From: Mesotaenium endlicherianum
Lineage: Eukaryota
Assembly: GCA_009602735.1 (NCBI GenBank)
Contig: WELA01000374.1
Location: 104,884-168,883 of the forward strand
DNA length: 64,000 nucleotides
Reading direction: 5' to 3'
The notes under the pieces were generated by a model. It saw only the letters and a program-made list of their open reading frames with translations. It was not told where the DNA came from and did not search any database. Position numbers and translations under genes: made by a program. Positions 40,001 to 51,765 of this stretch are shown piece after piece. How positions within the stretch are numbered: the stretch's first letter is position 1; each line of letters starts with the position of its first letter.

Positions 40001-43000
40001 CGTATGTTTACGTACGTATTTGTACGTGTACGTACAAACATGTACGTACACAGAATTTTCTTTAGCTTGCTTTGATGCCACACATGAGTTTGCACGCATG
40101 CGTCTATAGTACGCAACGGAACACCACTTTCTTGCCTGCTCCCTTCCCCCTCATCTGCTTTCCACACTCTCGAGGCATTTGCACCCCTCCCTCGCCCTGT
40201 CTGCTGGGACTGACGCTGCCACCTGTCCCTGCTGCTGTCCCCCGTGGCCGCGTGGCAGCCCCCTGGGTGTGGCAGCTGGCACCGCGTGGCTGGCCGGCAT
40301 CCTGCTGGTGCTGCTGTTCCCTATCGCGTGGCCCATCTCCCTCGTGCTCGACAAGCTGCTGGTCGACGCGCAGGACGAGGACGCCCCTGTAAGCGCAACG
40401 CACTCACTTGTACCTGCCTGCGAGCGCTTACTCGCTTGCACGCACGCGCACACACACACACACACACTCACAAACACACACACGCACACACACACACGCG
40501 CGCGCGCGCGCGCGCACACGCACGCACGCTGCAGCTGAAATAGTACTTTCAGGTGTTTGTATGTACACATGCGGAGATACGGCATGTGTGGCGCTATTAG
40601 TCGGTGATCATATTTTGAGCAACAGGGCATGCCCAATGCAAGCAGGGATGATGTTCTAGACGCTTGCAATCCTGGGTATGCCTCCACCCGCTTTTTATTT
40701 CGTTTAGTTACTGGCTCTCCCACTTCTCGTGCCTGCCGTCCAGTTGCACCCCCCCCCCATTTCCTCCCATGTCTAGAGTGAGCACTGCGGGACTCCTCTC
40801 CTTCCCTCCTCCTCCTCCTCCTCCTCCTCCTCCTCCTCCTCCTCCTGGTTCTGCCACTGCTGCTGCTGCTACTGCTGCCACCCTTTCTGCAGAGGCTACT
40901 AACGTGCCACAGGAGCATTTGTGCTCCTGCTGCTGCTGCTCCTGCTGCTGCTGCTGGTGCTTTTTCTCCTCCTCCTGCTCCTCCCTCTCCTCCTCCTGCT
41001 GCAGCTGCTTCTGCTCCTCTTCTTTCTCGACACTTTTCCCCTGTCTCAGGAGCCTGCGCCGCTGCCCCTTTCTAATTTTCCTTCTCCTCCTCCTCCCTCT
41101 CCTGCTGCCGCCGCTGCTGCTGCTGCTACTGCTGGATGCTCGTTTTTCTTTTTGCAGACACTGTTCGCATGCCTCAGGAGCATGTGCTGCTGCTGCTGGT
41201 GCTGTGCCGGCGATGCGCTGCCGCCCGCAGAGTCCCCGCGCGTGCTCTTCTCCAACCCCGTGGCGGGCGACGACGCCTTCCCTGACCCCGAGGGTGCGTG
41301 CATGGGGGGACCGCTCGACGCTCTTGACACGCGCGCGGGCGCCCCCTCCTCTCTCTCTCTCTCTTTCTGTCTCTCTTTCTCTCACTGTCTCTCTGTCTCT
41401 CTGCCGGGCTGGCTGTCTCTTGTTCTCTTTCTCTCCCTGTCTGCCAATTTGGCTGCATGTTGTGCTTGCCCCCCCCCCCCCCCCNNNNNNNNNNNNNNNN
41501 NNNNGTGCTTGCCCCCCCCCCCCCCCGGCTGTCTGCCACGCGTGCTCTCGGGGGATCCTGAATGGCTTCGCTGCTGCTATCCCTTCCCTTCGCCCCCTCT
41601 CTCTCTCCCTGTCTCCCTCTCTTCCTCTCCTCCTCTCCCAATAGTTTGGATGTTCACCATCTGAGAAAATATTCGTCAAAGGCTCTCCCTTTCCTGGTGC
41701 GCACGTGAGGAAGCTGGGTATACCTCGGCCAATCAGGTGCCTCCGTCGAGCAAGCGCCCGTGCGGGCCTCGGGCTCCGGCATCCGGGGGCCGGCGCCACC
41801 CAGAGAGCTGACGGCTGACGGCGGAACCGCCACATGGCACGATGTGTGTGTGCGTGCGTGTGTGCGTATGTGCGTGCGTGTGCGGCTGCGCAGATCCCAT
41901 GCAGGGTGCGACGCTCATCACAGACAACCCCGTGTACAGCCACGGGGGATTCTCGCCCTCCACCAGCGCGGGCAGCCGCAGGACGCCACCTGTCCTCTCG
42001 CAGTGGGAGCAGGTGGCGACCGACGACCACTCCAGCAGCTACAGCGAGATCCAGCCCTTTGGGGAGAGGGTCAATTTCACGGGCCCCCTATACGTGCCTC
42101 CCAAGGGGGGGGGGGTGCTCGGCACGGCCGCGTTCGCCAGGGGGACCCAATCGGGCCCCTCTGTGATGCAGGTGCAGCAAGACCCTCCCTTCTCAAAAAC
42201 GCGATCCAGCGAGCTGGGGCTGCCCCCGCAGTTTGCGAACGCGAGCGGCGGCGGCGGCAGGGTGGGAGGAGGAGGCGGGGGCGAGCCGGGCCGACCGGAG
42301 AAGTTCTCCGACACCCGCAACGAGTTCTCGAGCGGCGGCGGGAGCGAGAACACCGTGGAGGAGGACGAGGAGGAGGAGGAGGAGGAGGAGGAGAGAGGAG
42401 GGCCCGCCCTGATGCGGCGGTCGTCGGGGAGGAATTTCACGTTTGCGCTAAATCCGCTCGCGCACTCGGACGAGATCCCCGAGGACGAGGAGGAGGACGA
42501 GGAGGACGAGAGGCGGCGGCAAGCGGGGGCAGCAGCAACGGGAGTGACAGGAGCACGGGCAGCAGCAGCAGCAGCGTCCGCCTCTGCCTCTGCCTCTGCT
42601 CCTTCTCGTTCTCCTCCTGATGCTGCTGCTGCTGCTGCTGCTGCTCCTTCCTCCATCCTCAGCCCCCGAGGCATAGGTCAGGGCATAGGCTCGGGATTGG
42701 CAGCTGTGGGGGCAGGTCTGGCGGCGGTGGGGGCCGGGTTGGGGGCATTTGTGGGCTCGCGCTTTGCGGGTGGCGCGGGCGGNNNNNNNNNNNNNNNNNN
42801 NNNNNNNNNNNNNNNNNNNNNNNNNNNNNNNNNNNNNNNNNNNNNNNNNNNNNNNNNNNNNNNNNNNNNNNNNNNNNNNNNNNNNNNNNNNNNNNNNNNN
42901 NNNNNNNNNNNNNNNNNNNNNNNNNNNNNNNNNNNNNNNNNNNNNNNNNNNNNNNNNNNNNNNNNNNNNNNNNNNNNNNNNNNNNNNNNNNNNNNNNNNN

Positions 43001-45170
43001 NNNNNTGAGGGGCGGGGAGGAGGAGGACGAGGAGGACGGGGACGGGGATGGGGAGGGGGCGCTGGCGGGCGGCGGCGGGGCGGGAGGCGAGGCGATGGTG
43101 ATGATGTCGCCGTCGCACGACGACAGCTCGAGCGCGCGCAGCAGCATTGCCGAGGAGCCCTCGAATGTGCGACACGTGGCGCTCAGCGAGCGGCTGAAGC
43201 TGCAGGCCGCGTCGGGCGGCAGCCTCGTCCCCACGCTGGGTGTGAGCCCCACCACCCTCGGTGGGGGTGGGGGGGATTCGCACGGCACCCGCAGCTATGG
43301 GTGGGGTAGCCCGCTGGCAGACAGGGGGGGGGGCTACCGGGGAATGGGTGGGGAGGATTCGACGCTGCTGGCACACTCGGACATGGAGAGGATAAGTCCG
43401 GACAAGGATGAAGAAGAAAGAGAAGAAGAGGAAGGAGGACGTCAATTGCTCCCCACCCCTCCTACCGGCGGCGCCGGTGGCATGCACCCAGGGCAGCCGC
43501 GGGCGGCGGGCTTTGGTATGGGCGGCAGCCCTCTCGCGGGGCGGGCCCTGGACAGGGATGCAAGCGCTCGCTCAAACGACCTCGAGAACGACCCGGACAA
43601 CGGGCATGTGGCGCCTGAGGAGAGGGAGGAGGAGGGCGAGGAGGGCGAGGAGGAGGAGGAGGAGGACGAGGAGGAGGAGGAGGAGGAGGACGGGGAGGGC
43701 GGCGTGGGGGCGCAGTTTGAGAGGGAGAGCGTGTTTGGGCGCGACAGCGTGGCCGCGGAGAGCATGTACGCCGAGCGAGGCTCGGACAGAGGCTCGGACA
43801 GAGGCTCGGAATCCGCCTCGGACAGAGACTCGGACGAGGGGGAGCGCCGATTGAGAGGCAAAGTGGGGGGAGGGGGTGCCACAGGCGCGGCTGCCCTGAA
43901 GTCCCGACTGGGAGGGGGGGGGCAGCATCTGGGGGAAGGAGATCTCTACGGGGCGACCCGCTACGCAAAGCCTGCACAGGTGGCGGGCATGGGGGGGCCC
44001 GGGGGGGGGATGACAACCTACGAGGGCATGCCAGGTGGCGGCTCGTCAGACGATGACGATGACGACGACAGCCCCGAGGAGAGCCCGCTTGGCGGCGCTT
44101 CTACGGGGGGTGGTTTCGCGAGCGGCGGGGCGGGCTTTGCAGGCGGCGGCGGCGGGGCGGGCGGCCAACGGGGCGGGTTCACGTCGTATGACATGCCTCT
44201 CGAGATGTTTGACGAGGACATCGGGGAGGCGGACGACGACGACGACGATGAGGAGGAGCGGGAGCTGGTGGAGGAGGAGAGGGCGCACGACGAGCTGACA
44301 GAGGAGGGGGAGGAGGAGGAGGAGGAGGGCTACGGGGATAGGCTGGAGCACAAGGGGCAGCCTTCGGATCTTCACAGCAACGCATTCTCGGCCTTAGATC
44401 ACAACCGATTTGACATCCCTTACAATGCGCTGGTGGATGCAAGTCCGCACCCCAGTCCAGGGGCGGACGAACCTGGACAGGCATCTGGGCCAGGTGCGCC
44501 GAACATCCTGGGCGGCGGCGGCGGCGGCGGCGGGGGGACAGGCCTGAGCGTGAGGCACCACAGGGAGGAGGGCTCCTCCAGGGAGGTCTCGCCCGTGCGC
44601 ACGAGGACGACACCTGGCAGCCAGCGGGGCTCGCCAGCTGGCCCCAGCCCTCTCAGCAGAGTAGGTGGGGGGGAGGGCCCCCTGCCACTCCCCCCTGGAG
44701 GGGCTGCATATAGCAGCCCGCACCAGCAGGCGTTCCGGAGATCCGGCTCCGACGACAAGCTGGCGCCCCCCCCCGATCCCACCCCCATTCGCCTCGATGA
44801 GAGGACGGGGGGGGGCAGCGAGATGGCCCGGGCTCACCCCTTGGGGGCTTCCCCCCCCGCCTGGCAAGGCTCAGCGGGCAGTCGCGTGCGCCTGCTTGTC
44901 TCCGCCTTTGACAAGGAGGCAGGCGCAGGGGGGCCAGGGGGTGGTGGTGGCGGCGCGATGCCCACGAGCCACCTGTCGCGGGCGGCGACGCTCGACAGCA
45001 AGGCGATGCCAGCGCAGCGCGGGCCGCCGCCAGGGGCAGCGGTGGACAAGCACCACTCTGGGCCACTCCCAGCCGACGCGGAGGGCGGGGCGCGCACGTA
45101 CGCGCGCGCTGTCACGTTCGACGACATCATGAAGGCCACGCGGGCGCCACCTGCTGAGCCCTCGGGGTAG
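35034..45170 (+). CDS. DUF21/CNNM transmembrane-domain protein with Cys cluster and very long low-complexity C-terminal tail. Exons about 35034-35249, 36958-36996, 38028-38130, [gap], ~39502-39560, ~40259/40276-40388, 41158-41293, 41894-45170
   Basis: LVILSMLVSCMMSSTLGLDMATLQ|AAADGTNPKIRKQ|AKRVMLLRTRGSLLLCTLLGASAGLNVAITLLLT ... WLAGILLVLLFPIAWPISLVLDKLL matches the DUF21 helix pattern. Downstream exons join in frame to the 41894-45170 acidic/Gly-rich ORF. Two gaps interrupt the model. Confidence 0.75.
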
Positions 45171-48100
45171 CCGCCCCGCCTCGCGGGCGGCGCCAGCTGG
45201 CGGCCCTCTGGCTGCTCTCTCTCCCGCATGTAAGGGTCTGGCTCCTTGTGGCGCTCGCCCCTCGCCTCGTCTCTCTATCTGCCCTTCACCTGCTGACATC
45301 TGTGTCGCTCCTCTGGCGCCTTTGGGGTCCCGGCTTCCATTCCCGAGCGAGTGTTTGACTTTCCTAAGTCTGATCCTCCATAGCAGCGTGGCTGCGCTGT
45401 GCCTGTTGGCACATGGCTGGCGCACAGGTGAGGGATCTGTCCCTGTGTGCCTGTGCAAGTGAGCGTGCGTGCGTGCGTGTGTGTCTGTGTCTGTATGTGC
45501 ATGCGAGTATTGTGTTCGTGTTTGTGTGTGTGCATTTATATACGTGTGCGCGTGCATGCATATGTGCGTGTGTGTTTTTTTGTGACCTAAATGCCGCTAA
45601 TAGAGTATATCTGCTCCTGTGCTCTTCTTCTTCAAACAACCTCTTCTATGTCTCCCGCACGTGCATGTCTCGCAGCGTTGCGGGCACACATACTCGCACT
45701 CGCAATCGCACGCGCATTGCAACCTGTGTTTCTCCGCTCATTTTCTCTTCGGTGACATTTTTTTTGCAGGTCCCTCTCCAACTGTCTCAATCACTTCTTA
45801 AGTAAGTCATCACTGCAAGTGAATAGAGTCCAGACATCTCCTCGCCCCCCACAAACAAGCAGCACTCTTCAGCAGCACCCTTAAACAGCACTCTTAGTAA
45901 CAGACCGTCCACCTATAGCTGTCTGCCGCAAGTCTTGGCCCAGATTGATTCCAATCGCGCCTTTCACCGTCGCCCCTCTTTTCTCTGCCGCTTCATGGGG
46001 CACGTTAACTGTATCTCGAGCAAGAAATTAAACGCCCCCCTCCCTATTCACCCCGCTCCCTCTCCTCCTCCCGTAGCTCCTCTTCCTTTCTCCTGCTCCT
46101 TTTGATCTCCCGCCCCTAGGAAGCAGCGCTAAGGGATGTCCGAGCACCATGGGTGATGTGTGAGAGGCCTCTGCGGCAGTCTGATTGCTCGCACCCGAGG
46201 GAAGAGAGGACAGCTGGTGGGAGGAGAAGTGTCCCCTCCTGCTGAACGCCGCCTCGCCTCCTTTTGGCTCCAGTACAGACGGCAATCTCTCAGCCGCTGC
46301 CGCTCCTAGTAGTAGGGCTCTGAGATGTCGGGAGCTGCTGTACACTTGGCAAGCCTGGCTGATCGACAGCTGGCAGCATCCGGCTCCAGGTACGATCTTG
46401 ACAGCAGCAACTCGTCATGTTTTTGATGCTCCCTCTAGGATGGCCAAGCAATACTTCTATCTTTTGCTTTTACATGCTTCTCCCGTTTAAACAGAGAAAC
46501 AAAATGTCGATCTGGCGTGGCACAGTAATAGGCATTCAACGATGGCTTATCATGTTCGCTCCCCAGAACTCGGACAACCATTATGGTTTTTGAACACGAT
46601 AGGAGCCAATGTTTCTTCCTTTGTTTTTGCCCTGTCTTTTTTGGCGGATCAACTGCGGCTGTGGTAACTCTTGGAGTGGCATGGTTTTGTAACCGCGCAG
46701 GTGTAGCTGGTGCTCGAGGTTGTCTTGGCAGAAGTTCTGGGGAGACAGACAGGCCCTCCCCTCAAGCTTGCTCTTTGTCACGTTTCTAGAGGGAGAACGG
46801 GGGTGGGAGTGACAGGAGGGCCGCTTCCCTGACCTCTCCAAGCTGTCGCCTGCCGAGGAGTGTTTGCCACGAGGGGTTGTCGCCGCTTTTGCAGTTCTGC
46901 ATTTTTTTGATCGATGTCGGATTACTCCAGCTAGCTGCAAGTCACCCAGATTATTTAGACTAGAGCGCTGGGAAGATTCTTCTCGGTCTTCTTACAATAA
47001 GATAGACTCCTAGTTTAGGAGGCTTTCCAATAAGGTGCAAGGGATTTGCTTGCATGCCAGCATCTTGATCGGTGAATGAACCATATGCGCATATCGATTC
47101 GAAGCGAAAGTTTTTCTTGAGAGTTAGATTGTTCTAGGTAGCAGGTAGTGCATTGCCTAGCGTCTGTAGATTAAGAGAGCTTTATATTGTTATTGTGGGA
47201 GGGGTACATGCCCCCCCTTGGGCTATTTATTGGATGAATAATAATCTGGGGTCGTGGGATGTTTCCCAGCATGGGCTGCTGAACTTTGTACGTGAGGGCA
47301 TGGTGTACAATGTTGTCTTAGCTTCTTACAAATGCCACTCAAGCACAACAATGTATATTCTGATCCATTGCTCGATCAATTTCTTCATTCGATTTTCAAC
47401 GTACCATGCTCCCGGGGCACTTGGTGCTATCCTTGTCGCGACTGTCAGTAAATGACGGTTTGGCACGTGTGGCGGAAGTCACGGCGAGCCTGAGTACGGC
47501 GCAACGACCGTTGACCACAATCGACCAGACCAGGCTGACCTTGACAGGTCAGCGCGAGATTGGAGTCCTTTTTTCGTCACACGTGCAGCGTGACAAGCAA
47601 ATCCCGACACCTTGGGTGGGTGGGGATATGCAAGCTAAGTCAGCCGCGAGGCTGCCCACAGCGAGGTCAGGGATGGCCACACAGGCACGTGCCAAGTGAG
47701 GCAATGTAGAGGTGCACGGCCACCCCAAAATCTGGTCCACTAGCAGAGTTGCCAAGACAGGCCTGCCAGTTGGCGACGTGAACCATCTCGATGGCCATGC
47801 AACCCCAAGCACAGGCTAAGGAGTCACGCTGTCATGCGCGACTCCAACAAGGCAGCGCGAGGAGTTTTGGTGACTCGAGCTTAAGCTCAACTTTGGTTCA
47901 ATTGACGTTTGTGCATGCATGTGAGTAAAGCACAAGCTAGGCACATTCTTGATCCATTCTCACTTCACATTTTCAAGAAGAAAGAAAAAGGAAAAGAAGG
48001 AAGAGCGCAAAGGAGGAAGGAGTTCCTAAAGCCAGAAGGAGCCAGAGAAGCCACAATTCTGCTGACGTTTGAGATCCCCTTTGCTCTTGACATCTAGATT

Positions 48101-49147
48101 CATAAAATAAGTTAGATTGCCCAGGAGTCAGGACCTTTATAGGAAGGATTGACTCCCTGGCTTGCAGACTGGATCTGCTAGGAGACTCTAGGGCAGAAAC
48201 TAGGACGAACACCTGACATGCAAAGAGCACTTACAGTGGTGAGTACTGGCTCAGTCTAAGTTCTTAGAGGTGTCTCTATCATGCAAAGCCGATTGTCAAA
48301 GAAAGTTGAAGAACAGAGAAAGTGATGCTTGCAGTGAAGAACTGATAAGCGTGTTTAAGGACAAAGAGGATCGGCCAAACCAGCATAGGTTGTAGAATTC
48401 AGAGTTTTGTAAGCTTGTACTCTTTAGTGTAAAGCAAAAGACTGTGAAGGCAAACTATTCTGAATTTTATTTCATTTGACATTTGCTTTGCTTGATTTTT
48501 GCTAACTACAAGTCCTATGAACCCATGCCGTCAACAGAGGCAAAGAGCCTGCATCGAAGTAGACACTTTGGTAATTGTAAGGAGAAATAAGGTCAAAATT
48601 ATTTTGCAAACTTAATGAACACCTTTGAAAGAGAAGGATGTGAGTGAACTTAGTGTATGGATGCTAAGCCTGGTGATCTAGGACTTGGCCTTTGCTAATT
48701 CAGGTTCATATGGAAGCAAGGTCAACCGGGTCCAGCTAGCCACGCACATACGTACGGGGTCAACTGTTGGTGATTAACCAGGTCGACAATTCATATGCGA
48801 GGGCCACCGACAAGGTCAAGGTGGTCAACGGCACACGTGTTGACAACCTTCACACGTGCCCCGGACACTGACATGTATAGGCATGGCATGCTTACAACCA
48901 ATTTTGTACATTTGTATCCATTTTTGCAAGCATCGTTATGTAAATTTAACTCAAGTTTAATATAACTTAATTTTTGAAATTTTCAAAATGATGAAAATGA
49001 GGCGCCTCCCCATGCAGCTCTTCATTATTTGAGAGCTCGAGAAGAAGGCAGAGTTGCCATAGTTGACCTTCCTCCGTAGCTTGCCTCCCCCCCTTATCTA
49101 TCCTCTTCCTCTCTTCCTCGCTCTCCTCCGCTTGCTCCTCCTGCCTC

Positions 49148-49192
<45 letters not shown>

Positions 49193-49456
49193 NNNNNNNN
49201 NNNNNNNNNNNNNNNNNNNNNNNNNNNNNNNNNNNNNNNNNNNNNNNNNNNNNNNNNNNNNNNNNNNNNNNNNNNNNNNNNNNNNNNNNNNNNNNNNNNN
49301 NNNNNNNNNNNNNNNNNNNNNNNNNNNNNNNNNNNNNNNNNNNNNNNNNNNNNNNNNNNNNNNNNNNNNNNNNNNNNNNNNNNNNNNNNNNNNNNNNNNN
49401 NNNNNNNNNNNNNNNNNNNNNNNNNNNNNNNNNNNNNNNNNNNNNNNNNNNNNNNN

Positions 49457-49541
<85 letters not shown>

Positions 49542-49891
49542 CTCTCTCCCGATTCCCTTTTCTCTCCCTCCAATCCTTTGGACACTTGTTTTTGTTATCG
49601 ACTGCTCACACTTCCTGACGGCACCCCTCCCTGCCCTCTCTCTCCCAACTACTGCCTTGCACACCGTTGCTCTTCTGCCCTCTGCTTGACCACACTATAT
49701 TGCCTTCATTTTCTCTTCGTCTCTACTACCTCTCTCTCCTACCTTGTTCCCTCCTGCCTCACTATCTCTTCCCCCTCTCTCACTTTTTCCAATTTTCTCC
49801 CTATTGTCATTTGGACTTGTGTTTCGCTATCAGATACCTAATAAGACTGCAAGACCCTGGCTTCTGCTCACTTGTGAAATAAAAGTGCATG

Positions 49892-50618
49892 TGTAATGAT
49901 CCGCCACGCGGCCGAATGCGGCGCGTGCGACACGTCGCGAAAGCGACAAAAAGTGTCGGTTTGAATCGTATAAGTACAATCCTAGTTTAAAAATACTCCC
50001 GTACAGGCTCTTTTGGCCGTACCGTACGTATTGTAATACTCCATATTGGCGTACTCCAAACTCGTATGGACCGATTTTCCGGTTTATTTTTGATTTATAG
50101 TCGGTTTACATCACCGACACTCACGCATTCCGGCGTATTCTAACGTACAATTTTGACTCTCACGTATCGTACGCACGGCGAATACGTACATACGTATGCA
50201 GCAAATCCGAATTTTTAAACTATGAGTACAATTGACGCGCGATCAAAGTACCTCGAGTTACCTTTTTGCTCGTATCGCTACATTGGTATCGGAGCGCGAA
50301 CATACGCAACCGTGTCCAGGAGACCACGGTTCAAATCTCGAAGGATGCAAAACTGGTCAATGGTACGACCGTATGGCGATCTTTGGATCATACGAAGGAA
50401 GGACACTATCTCAAAACAACGTCCCTCGCGCCGCCGCGGCCTAAGTGCCCGGGACGTGCACACTTGTAGGTGGGAGGAGTGTAACGATCCGCCGCGTGGC
50501 CGGATGCGCCGCGTGCAACACGTCGCAAAAGCGACAGGAAGTGTCGGATTGAATTGTACAAGTAAAATTGGCGCGCGATCAGAGTACCTCAAGTTCCCCT
50601 TTCGTTCGTATAGCTACA
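49892..50618 (+). mobile_element. TRIM (terminal-repeat retrotransposon in miniature): 5' LTR 49892-50282 (interrupted), internal 50283-50479, 3' LTR 50480-50618
   Basis: 139-bp TGTAA...CTACA LTRs; PBS TGGTATCGGAGC (tRNA-iMet type) at 50284-50295; [15 protein letters not shown] at 50468-50479; perfect 5-bp TSD GCATG (49887-49891 / 50619-50623); no coding capacity. Confidence 0.92.
49981..50224. mobile_element. hAT-type MITE (244 bp) nested in the TRIM 5' LTR
   Basis: TIRs cctagtttaaaaat / atttttaaactatg; perfect 8-bp TSD AGTACAAT (49973-49980 / 50225-50232). Removing the element and one TSD restores a 139-bp LTR. Confidence 0.9.
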
Positions 50619-50662
50619 GCATGCAACCTTTTATTTATACAAACATATCAATCATATTATGT

Positions 50663-50800
50663 CCTACTTTTAAAATTTGGCTGTACAGGCTCCTCAGGCC
50701 GTATCGTACGTTTCCGAATACGTCAAATTCCCGTACAGCAATGTACGCGTATAGACCGGTTCGATTTAAACGTTTTATTTTATAGAGAGTCGTTTTATTA
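50663..50800 (+). mobile_element. Degenerate second copy of the hAT MITE (5' part)
   Basis: cctacttttaaaat...gtacaggctc...ggccgtatcgtacgt is colinear with 49981-50110; 3' end and TSD not recognisable. Confidence 0.6.
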
Positions 50801-51626
50801 GCGTCGGGTGAAATCGTCTTACCCGTTCACCACCTTGGCTTCGCCGCACGTATTCCCCTTACACGTAGTCTTACAAACAGATGCATACTCATTTCACGTG
50901 CGTGAATTGTTGACGGACTCGGGTAACCAAATTACCCATTTCACCCCACAACTAATTTGCACAAAGCCTCGCGAGTATGCTTGCGCCGCTCTTCTTCGAT
51001 TACTACTCATCACCCTCCTCCATCTGCTAGTATACATGGTCGTTGACAAAGCCCATGAGCTGACACATTCATAGACGTTGACGGTATTGCTCATTCCACG
51101 CATAAGAAGGTAAAAAAGTATACAATCATCAAAGTGAACAATGAACCACTTTGCAATCCAATTTCTTGTGTCTCTTGCAACTACATATTCTTTCTTACTC
51201 TAATGCTTCTGTTTGCTCGATGCTCCTTTCATCTTTGCTGCATGTTATCCTCGTATTCATGCTACTTGCGCAGGCCTGCAATGCTATAACCTCGGAATTC
51301 CTTAACATGAAAAGAAATTTTTTATGTAGATCTCACTTAGATTCCTTCAAAAAAAGAACCCTCATTTCATGCAAACTTTCACTTCAGGGAAAGTTTTATT
51401 GCATGTTATGTTTCAAATAGTGCAATCCTTTGGTTTAAGTCCTCTCACGCAAAACGTTCATGTATACCTCTATTTTATGTGTGTATGCTTTTCTTGCAAA
51501 CCCAACATTCTGTCACTTCATGTCAGCTTGTACTGCGTAGACTAAAACCGAAGTTGCACCCTAGACTAAAATGTGTTTAGTGTTTAGTGTTTAGGGAAGA
51601 GGTCCTTGTTTAGAAAAGTAGACCCT

Positions 51627-51765
51627 TGTAGCGATACGAACAAAAAGGTAACTCAAGGTACTTTGATCGCGCGCCAATTGTACTTATACAAATGAAGCCG
51701 ACACTTCCGATCGCATCCACGACGTGTCGCACGCGCCGCATCCGGCCACACGGCGGATCGTTACA
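51627..51765 (-). mobile_element. Solo LTR of the same TRIM family, inverted
   Basis: 139-bp reverse-complement homolog of 50480-50618, flanked by ACCCT / ACCCC (5-bp TSD with one mismatch); no adjacent PBS or PPT. Confidence 0.88.

Noticed and set aside
7869..45170. Metal-homeostasis gene cluster (PAA2 + carrier + CNNM-like)
   Set aside because: Adjacency alone is not evidence; there are no synteny or co-expression data.
47450..48245. Possible LTR remnant ending TTACA-GTGGT
   Set aside because: No second LTR, TSD or convincing PBS visible.
50618..51627. Large TIR transposon bounded by the inverted 139-bp repeats
   Set aside because: Each repeat has its own TSD and LTR features, so they are independent insertions.
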